The notes below the pieces were generated by a model, which did not search any database, was not told where the DNA came from, and saw only the letters and a program-made list of their open reading frames with translations. 29,915 nt of DNA from Candidatus Thorarchaeota archaeon (GTDB lineage Archaea; Asgardarchaeota; Thorarchaeia; Thorarchaeales; Thorarchaeaceae), in contig JAEOUG010000082.1 of NCBI GenBank assembly GCA_016839445.1, positions 1 through 29,915 of the forward strand. The letters run 5' to 3'. How positions within the stretch are numbered: the stretch's first letter is position 1; the number at the start of each line of letters is the position of its first letter. A program made the position numbers and the translations under genes. Below, piece by piece: positions 18,174 through 24,465 of this stretch.

Positions 18174-18846
18174 GTCACTCTTGGGAGAGAGCAACTTTCT
18201 CCACATCTGGGGTCAGGCTGGAACTGGAAAAACGCTTCTAGCAACAGCGCTGGCTGCACAAGCGAGCCGATTGGGGATTGTGGAGTATATCAACACAGAC
18301 GGCAAGAGAAGCTTCATACGCGCTCTCAAGAGACACACCAGCTCTTTTGGCGGGCTTACCTCAAGAATCCGGGTGACGTTGGCAGACGGCGCATCTGAAG
18401 CCTTTGGCGCAGTTAGGTCCGTCGCTTCATCGGTTTCGCCCGAGACCAGCATGGTGGTCGTCGACCCGATTACTCGCGTCCTCGACATGTCGACAGTTGA
18501 TGATGTGATGTGGGGCCAAGAAATGATGGAGGAGGTTCTTCCATCACTCGTTGCCCTCGCCGAAGGAGGAATCCGCGTTCTGGTAGTTAGTGAAGTCCGA
18601 AACACAGACGTCGGGCTTCTACCTGTGATGTATGACTCCGTGAATCGCTGGAAGCCCCGGAACTTGAGAGCAACCAGAGGTCCAGGAAGGCATTCTACGC
18701 TCATGCTACCTACCCCTGATGGAGAAGAGGTACTTGCGCTGATGAGGGTAGATGACAGAGGCTGTCTTTGGCTAGACTATCCTGCCGGGGCGCACATTCT
18801 GAGTGAGGGTGAGCAATCATGTTTGGAAAGACAATCATGCGTGTGA
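18163..18846 (+). CDS. RadB-like short RecA-family ATPase
   Basis: Walker A GQAGTGKT, YINTD, Walker B VVVDP, VSEVR. Start reassigned to TTG 18163, overlapping the upstream stop; the ORF-track extension from 17962 shadows the upstream gene. Confidence 0.8.
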   Translation: MKLESLLGESNFLHIWGQAGTGKTLLATALAAQASRLGIVEYINTDGKRSFIRALKRHTSSFGGLTSRIRVTLADGASEAFGAVRSVASSVSPETSMVVVDPITRVLDMSTVDDVMWGQEMMEEVLPSLVALAEGGIRVLVVSEVRNTDVGLLPVMYDSVNRWKPRNLRATRGPGRHSTLMLPTPDGEEVLALMRVDDRGCLWLDYPAGAHILSEGEQSCLERQSCV

Positions 18847-19787
18847 TATCTTATGCAGTGGCAGGGGCAATAGCAGTCCTCCTGGGAGGTAGGTTGCTCA
18901 GCTCTGTTGCGTCGGTTGTTTTGGCCTGGAGACTCGGCAATCCGCTTCCACTTGCTGTTGTGACGGTTGGAACAGTGCTCCTCGTCTTCCTATCGCGAGG
19001 CGAGGCCACGACACTGCCACTTATGATTCTGAACATCATCTCATGGATTGCGTCAGCGTACATGTCTGTCGTCGTCTTCTTTGTGGCCTTGCCCTTTGGC
19101 CTAATCCTTGGTTTCACAGCGATGGCTGTAAGCCTCATTGCGGTCAGCGTAGTCAAGGACACCAGAGGCCTTGGAGGACGAGTCCGCAGCATGATCGAGC
19201 GCACAGCGATTCTTGGCGCCTCAATCCCTCTCCTCGGCCATGAGATGGATGACTCGGGCATGTTGTCATCTTTGGGCCGGCGTAACTTCGTCGCGTTTCT
19301 CGTGTCCCGAAATGAACGTGGACGGATTCTGCAGTTGATGCGGGAACGGCCTCTGCTACCAATATCCCTCTCAGGATACGAGGAAACCGACATCCTCTTT
19401 GTTCGAGATGATGGTGCAAATGCCGCCCAGATTGAGGTGCTTCTCAGAGATGCCGGCGTGGACGGCCTTGAGAAACTCTCATCCTTCCATACTAGTGCAG
19501 TCCTTAACCTTCCACTCATAGAGAAACGAGAGGAGGTCCATACACCCTCCGAGTATGTCTTCTGTCATGATGTTGCCACCGTAGACAGGCTCGTTGAGGT
19601 CTGGCCTAAGAGAATGACCCTGCACCCCAGTAGGTCTGGAGTAATAGCGATAGCGAGTGAAGACGCCGTTCCAGGATTTGAGACCCAGCCAATACCGAGA
19701 GGCCTACGGTCGACGGTCGTCATGGAGAGAAACGTTTCATTGCTTGAAGCCGGAGGGAAAGATGTTGCCGCAGAGCCTGCCGCTTAA
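18819..19787 (+). CDS. Polytopic membrane protein (~4 N-terminal TM helices + soluble C-domain)
   Basis: Hydrophobic first ~112 aa; SD GAGGGTGA; overlaps both neighbours. Confidence 0.78.
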   Translation: MFGKTIMRVISYAVAGAIAVLLGGRLLSSVASVVLAWRLGNPLPLAVVTVGTVLLVFLSRGEATTLPLMILNIISWIASAYMSVVVFFVALPFGLILGFTAMAVSLIAVSVVKDTRGLGGRVRSMIERTAILGASIPLLGHEMDDSGMLSSLGRRNFVAFLVSRNERGRILQLMRERPLLPISLSGYEETDILFVRDDGANAAQIEVLLRDAGVDGLEKLSSFHTSAVLNLPLIEKREEVHTPSEYVFCHDVATVDRLVEVWPKRMTLHPSRSGVIAIASEDAVPGFETQPIPRGLRSTVVMERNVSLLEAGGKDVAAEPAA

Positions 19788-20484
19788 CAGTGTGGAGTTT
19801 GAAGACAGACCTTTCGTCCAACTACGTCCCAGACAGCTTGACCAGACGCTTGGAAGAGTCCTTCTTCCCTCACAGGTCAGTCTGGTTCACGGTCCTGATC
19901 GGGCTCCCCTCACTCTCGTGGCCCATGCCGTCACTGCTGGTGTGGTATCTGGCGGAGGTAGATGTCTCTTCTTGGACTCTGGCGGTAACTACAACCCGAA
20001 CCTCATTCGTGCCATGCTTGGCGAAAGCGACCCTGAGTCTGTCGGGCGAATCATTGTCGGCCCCGTCTTTGGCCTCACAGACCTCACCGAGGCTCTGAAG
20101 ACAGTGAAGCCATCTGATGGAGTTCTGGTCGTGGTGGTGGACAGTCTGACCGGAGTTCTCAACCTCACTGGTGACTCTGGTTCTAAGGAGCGACAAAGGG
20201 ACTTGTTTGGAGCCCTTGAGGAACTCAGGAGGACTGTCAACAGTCACGGAGTCCATGCTCTCCTGACAGACCACTCGAGTAATGATTGGAGGACCGGCGA
20301 GAGACGCGTAGTGGGAGGTAACGTCTTGCAGCACAACATTGACACATCTGTCTACTGCTCCTGGATCCGGAAGATAGAGGACGGTATCCTCCTCACGGTA
20401 GAACGCAGTCCTGTCTTTCCTCCCCCTACGTCGGTTGCCGTGAAGCTTGGCGTTCGAGGACCAAGGTCTCCAAACAGGAGGTAG
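19762..20484 (+). CDS. RadB/Rad51-paralog-like protein with inactivated Walker A
   Basis: LDQTLG...VSLVHGPDRAPLT (GKT lost), LFLDSGGNYNP, Walker B VVVVDS, ERQRDL, VVGGNVLQH. Start reassigned to ATG 19762 (SD GGAGGG). Confidence 0.78.
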   Translation: MLPQSLPLNSVEFEDRPFVQLRPRQLDQTLGRVLLPSQVSLVHGPDRAPLTLVAHAVTAGVVSGGGRCLFLDSGGNYNPNLIRAMLGESDPESVGRIIVGPVFGLTDLTEALKTVKPSDGVLVVVVDSLTGVLNLTGDSGSKERQRDLFGALEELRRTVNSHGVHALLTDHSSNDWRTGERRVVGGNVLQHNIDTSVYCSWIRKIEDGILLTVERSPVFPPPTSVAVKLGVRGPRSPNRR

Positions 20485-20489
20485 CAGAG

Positions 20490-21479
20490 CTGGGTGTCAA
20501 GAACTGGGGGAAGATGATTCCATGGCGATGGGCAAAGGTGGAGGAGCTCGAGCCAAGGATCTTGGCCTTTGACAGCCCCAATTACCTCTCTCGCAGGCTC
20601 TCTGTCGTACGTCAACAGCGCTTCGATAGAGTCCCACTAACTCATGCCCACCTGTTCCTGGCGACGGTGCTTTCTTGCTTACGCAATCATGTCCTTCCAG
20701 TCTTTGTCTTTGATGGCCCTCCGGAACATCTCAAGAGGAAGGCAAACCCGAGCCTTATCCAGAATTCCGAGAGACTCTATCGAAGATGGAGGGCTGATTC
20801 ATTGGCGGGCTCGCCAGACATTGATCTCTCCTGCTTTGCGAGTCCGGCGGTGAGGCTCTACTTCGGCCTCTGCCACATCAAGGATCTTTGCTCTGCGTCA
20901 GGTATGCCAACCGTGCTGGCACCATCTGAAGCCGAGATGTCAGCTGCTGTGTTGAGTCGCGAGGGTAAAGTCGGGTCAGTGGTATCAAATGACGCAGATG
21001 CCCTGCTCTTCGGTGCTTCTCATGTGACCCGGAGCGTCAGGTTCTCAAAAGGGGAGATTGAGCGTGTCCTCATGAGAGACTTGCAGCGCAGACTAGAGCT
21101 TGACCTGGAGCAGATGAGGGATCTTGCGATCATCTGTGGCTGTGACTTTCATCGAGAGGGCATTCGAGGAATGGGGCCTCATAAGGGCGCAATAGCCCTC
21201 AAGAGACACGGCGGATTAGAGCCTCTTCTCAGAGCCATGGGAGTGACGCCTAGCGAGATTGAGAAGTACATGAAGGCGAGGGACGTGTTTGACGAGGGCC
21301 ACTATATCAAGCTTGGAGTCGAAAACCTTGTGCTCAAGCCGCCTGTGTCTGCTCGTGTGACAGAGCTGCTCCAACCGGCCCTTGGCCAAGAGACTGCTGA
21401 GAAGAGGTCCATGGAGCTGCTACGCCTCTGGAAGGACTTCGGGAGAGTTCAGATGACCCTCGAGGGGTGGATTGCATGA
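20490..21479 (+). CDS. fen: FEN1/XPG-family structure-specific nuclease with PCNA-interacting (PIP) box; probable CTG start (first ATG at 20514)
   Basis: (M)GVKNW N-terminus, ILAFD, PVFVFDGPPEHLK, APSEAE, SNDADALLFG, helix-hairpin GCDF..GIRGMGP, C-terminal QMTLEGWI. Confidence 0.88.
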   Translation: MGVKNWGKMIPWRWAKVEELEPRILAFDSPNYLSRRLSVVRQQRFDRVPLTHAHLFLATVLSCLRNHVLPVFVFDGPPEHLKRKANPSLIQNSERLYRRWRADSLAGSPDIDLSCFASPAVRLYFGLCHIKDLCSASGMPTVLAPSEAEMSAAVLSREGKVGSVVSNDADALLFGASHVTRSVRFSKGEIERVLMRDLQRRLELDLEQMRDLAIICGCDFHREGIRGMGPHKGAIALKRHGGLEPLLRAMGVTPSEIEKYMKARDVFDEGHYIKLGVENLVLKPPVSARVTELLQPALGQETAEKRSMELLRLWKDFGRVQMTLEGWIA

Positions 21480-21936
21480 TTCTGAAGAGGTGTTGAAGAT
21501 GAGTAGTGACGCAGGTTCTGATGTGCTTCGTATTGAGAACAGACGTGAGATCATAAGCGATGTTATCGAGTTTGCCCGGAGAGTGAGGATTGCACTATCA
21601 CTTGAGAAGGCAGGTGAGATGGAAGTGATAGTGCACGATCGTTCGGCTCAACTCTGTGCACTGGTGGGGCAGGGCGGCTTTGTACTTCTAGGACTCAAGA
21701 GCGAACTGGGTTGCAGAGGAGACCCTGAGATCTCGTTGAGAGTGGACAGGGACTGTGAGAATCCAGACGTCTACAGGGTCGAGGGCATTGCGATATCCCT
21801 CGAGACTGGCCCAGAGGAGGTTTCTGTCAGTCAAGTCAGCAATTGGATAAGGGAAAACGGTATTGATGAATGTGAGAACATCACCATTACGGAAGAGGGC
21901 GGTCACCTACGCATATTGATTGATGTCCTAACTTAA
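21472..21936 (+). CDS. Hypothetical acidic protein, last gene of operon
   Basis: 154-aa ORF overlapping the fen stop; its stop abuts the convergent gene. Confidence 0.7.
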   Translation: MHDSEEVLKMSSDAGSDVLRIENRREIISDVIEFARRVRIALSLEKAGEMEVIVHDRSAQLCALVGQGGFVLLGLKSELGCRGDPEISLRVDRDCENPDVYRVEGIAISLETGPEEVSVSQVSNWIRENGIDECENITITEEGGHLRILIDVLT

Positions 21937-23589
21937 TCAGGCCCACGGGTCTCTCCAGTTTCCTTCATCATCCGAGAAGAGCCTGCCCAAGGCCGTGAAA
22001 TAGAAGGTCTTCTGAATTTCACAGACCGCATCGATGTGCTCGATACCCATCTGCTCGAGCCTTCTACGTGCTGTTTCGGCCTGGAACTGCCCGTTCCCCT
22101 CGCGGACTCTAGCAACGGCCAGTACTCCCTCTTTTCCACTTAGTAGCCTCACGAATGGGAAAGACGCCAGAAGGCACTCTGAGACCTCCCGTTTCTGAGT
22201 CTCAGTGTTTGTCCGAGCGGCAACCATGATTCCCTGCGGAACGCCACAATACTCGACTGCAGGATAGTAGACGACACTGTATGCGTTCCTCTTGCGTAGT
22301 GCCTGTGATGCATCCCTCCTAGCTCTCACAGGTATCTCCATGTCCTCTACAAGCTTCTTGCGCTGCTCTGGAGTGCCCTGATGGGCCCACATGATGCTTA
22401 AGAGATTCCTTTCTCCCTCTGTGGGAACTCCGACTCGTTTGGATCTGGGGGACGTCTTGAATATCCAGTTCTCGTCTCTCTTGGGATGAGGGTCATCTGC
22501 CTGCATGACTCTGTAGACCCATTGCCCTATCTCCTCTCCCACCTTTGCCGTGTGGTGGAACAGGTCCATTCTAAATGAAACAGTCTCGGTGTCAGCCGTA
22601 ATCACGAACTCATCTGGACTCTCCGTCCTTTCGGCCCAGACCGGCTCGAGGAAGATGTTCAGTCCAGCGTACTTCGACTCAGAGAGTGATATGTGTTCAC
22701 AGAGCGTACCAACAGGTCTCTTCACTCTCTTGTTGGGGCCCACAATGCAACGATATCTGACTCCTAGTGAACCAAGGGAGGGCCGGAAACGCTCTGTGAG
22801 CATCAGCTGAATGTAGTTGTATATCTGAGCCGCCTGCATCCTTGGGACCCCCAAGGTTCTCATGAGATCATTGTGGTAGACGCGAACTGGCCCTCTTCTC
22901 TTGTTGTATGCAACCACCATGGTCCTAATGGGACCATATACGAGGATCCGAAGTCTATTTCTCACTGCCCGGAGGAGCCATTCGTATTGACTATTGACCG
23001 CGCCATCCATCCTGAGGCTCCTTGGGTGCCACCTTGTTGTGAGTCCAGAAGTTGTTCCCTTCTCCCCTTCCTTTGATTGCAGTGTTTCTAGCCACCGGAT
23101 TGGGGTTCTCGATGCAAGGCCGAGGTAGTGGAGATGGAGCAGCGCACTGGAAAGGAAGTCGAGTCCCTCTATACACTCGGGCCCGGGGAGTGCTTCAGGG
23201 AGGCCAATGACTGATCTCCCTAGTAGATGTGTCAGTGACTGCCTCAGGTCTGAATCAAGCGATGTGAACTCAGCTTCACTTGGCAGTAGTGACTCGATCT
23301 GCTCATCAAAGGTGCTTCCTGCAGGGTAGTAGCTTTCGCCTGTGGACCGGTAGTCCAGTATCTTCTGGATGGTTTCCGAGTCGTATGGGCCGATTGGCGG
23401 TTTCACCAAGTCATGAGCTTCGGCGAAGGAGTTCGGATCTAGATTGGGACTCTCCGACACAGCATACGACTTCCGCACTGCTGCCCGAAGGATGTAGTAG
23501 TCCTCAACCTTGGAGTACTTGGCTTGGGTTCTCATTCTCTCTAGGTGGTCGACTGATGCCATATTCCACTCCAGATACCTCGAGTCCAA
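21937..23589 (-). CDS. Large putative transcription regulator with tandem Lrp/AsnC-like modules; paralog of 4212-5780
   Basis: DLMRTLGVPRMQAAQIYN...FRPSLGSLGVRY and ERNLLSIMWAH...DMEIPVRARRDASQALRKRNAYSVVYYPAVEYCGV align block by block with the first copy. Confidence 0.6.
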   Translation of the reverse strand: MDSRYLEWNMASVDHLERMRTQAKYSKVEDYYILRAAVRKSYAVSESPNLDPNSFAEAHDLVKPPIGPYDSETIQKILDYRSTGESYYPAGSTFDEQIESLLPSEAEFTSLDSDLRQSLTHLLGRSVIGLPEALPGPECIEGLDFLSSALLHLHYLGLASRTPIRWLETLQSKEGEKGTTSGLTTRWHPRSLRMDGAVNSQYEWLLRAVRNRLRILVYGPIRTMVVAYNKRRGPVRVYHNDLMRTLGVPRMQAAQIYNYIQLMLTERFRPSLGSLGVRYRCIVGPNKRVKRPVGTLCEHISLSESKYAGLNIFLEPVWAERTESPDEFVITADTETVSFRMDLFHHTAKVGEEIGQWVYRVMQADDPHPKRDENWIFKTSPRSKRVGVPTEGERNLLSIMWAHQGTPEQRKKLVEDMEIPVRARRDASQALRKRNAYSVVYYPAVEYCGVPQGIMVAARTNTETQKREVSECLLASFPFVRLLSGKEGVLAVARVREGNGQFQAETARRRLEQMGIEHIDAVCEIQKTFYFTALGRLFSDDEGNWRDPWA

Positions 23590-23628
23590 TCCTCTCTCAA
23601 GTCTCCCTAGAATGTGTTGAGAATGACT

Positions 23629-23850
23629 TCACAGATATGCATTTCTGTGACGGTTGAGGACTTGAAAGAGTCTATAAGAGCTTCAAAACGGCTAAAAGAG
23701 ATTCAAAACTTCTATTTTGTGGTCGGAAATACTAAGAATCTACTAAATCGATTTATCAATTCCCATTCGGCTAATCGCCCTCCGTGGGTAAACTTACGTA
23801 GTTCTCCGGCAGGTCATACGCATGTGGCACCCCGAAGGTGAAACGACAAG
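23629..23850 (+). promoter_or_regulatory. Duplicated cis-regulatory region, copy 2, beginning with a 22-bp near-perfect palindrome
   Basis: TCACAGATATGCATTTCTGTGA at 23629-23650; motifs shared with 5741-5942; A-tracts phased at ~10 bp. Confidence 0.75.
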
Positions 23851-23865
23851 GAAGAGGAAAGTGAC

Positions 23866-24465
23866 TTGACGTCGGATCTACAGTCCCTTGTACTGGCCAA
23901 CCTAGTATACTCATTTCAGATGACGCCCCCCATCGTCTTGGGAGCGTCCTTTGTGAGAGTGGTGCTTCTCCTTAGCGGACAGAAGAGGGAGTTCGAGGAT
24001 TGGACGCGTAACAAGTTTCTCACCTTCCTCTCGATTGTCTTCCTACCAGGTACACTGGCGTTCATGGGCATCCGACTGATTCTGGCCCGTGTGTTTCGAA
24101 TTGCCGTTGAGGATGTGGCTAGCTCATCTACATACGGCGAGGTCAACGTCTTTCTGAAAGTAGAGAAGCCTCCTCGGGTAGGCATAGTACTCAGTGTCCT
24201 CTTCCTAAACGTGCTACTGGCAGTCTTCGTCGCATTCTCTCTGGTCGTGATTCCTGTGATGTTTCTCTTTGAGCCACTCTGGATGGGAGTCTGCTGGTGG
24301 ATTGCGGTTGGGATCCTTTTCAACTGCTCAGTGCGCTCGGGAGACCTCTCATTGCTGTTCGCCTCGCTGAAGCGGAAGCCGCGAAGTGGACTGATTGAGT
24401 TTGCAGTCTTCGTATCTATTCTAAGTCTAGCCTACTATATCCAGTTCCTGGGGGGTACACTATGA
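23866..24465 (+). CDS. Polytopic membrane protein resembling an M50-like metalloprotease without HExxH
   Basis: About five TM segments; FLPGTLAFMGIRL (where PGxxxHExxH is expected) and NCSVRSGDL (PSxxD-like); ATGA overlap with the next gene. Confidence 0.65.
   Translation: MTSDLQSLVLANLVYSFQMTPPIVLGASFVRVVLLLSGQKREFEDWTRNKFLTFLSIVFLPGTLAFMGIRLILARVFRIAVEDVASSSTYGEVNVFLKVEKPPRVGIVLSVLFLNVLLAVFVAFSLVVIPVMFLFEPLWMGVCWWIAVGILFNCSVRSGDLSLLFASLKRKPRSGLIEFAVFVSILSLAYYIQFLGGTL

Noticed and set aside
19657-19761. N-terminal extension of the second RadB-like ORF
   Set aside because: Lies within the upstream gene; ATG 19762 has a good SD.
23614-23841. 75-aa ORF in the intergenic region
   Set aside because: Coincides with the AT-rich duplicated control region, and the ORF track shows no equivalent ORF in copy 1.
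5741-23850. Mobile element bounded by direct repeats (att sites)
   Set aside because: The repeats are highly diverged motif blocks rather than identical att sites, and no integrase, transposase, relaxase or viral gene was recognised.
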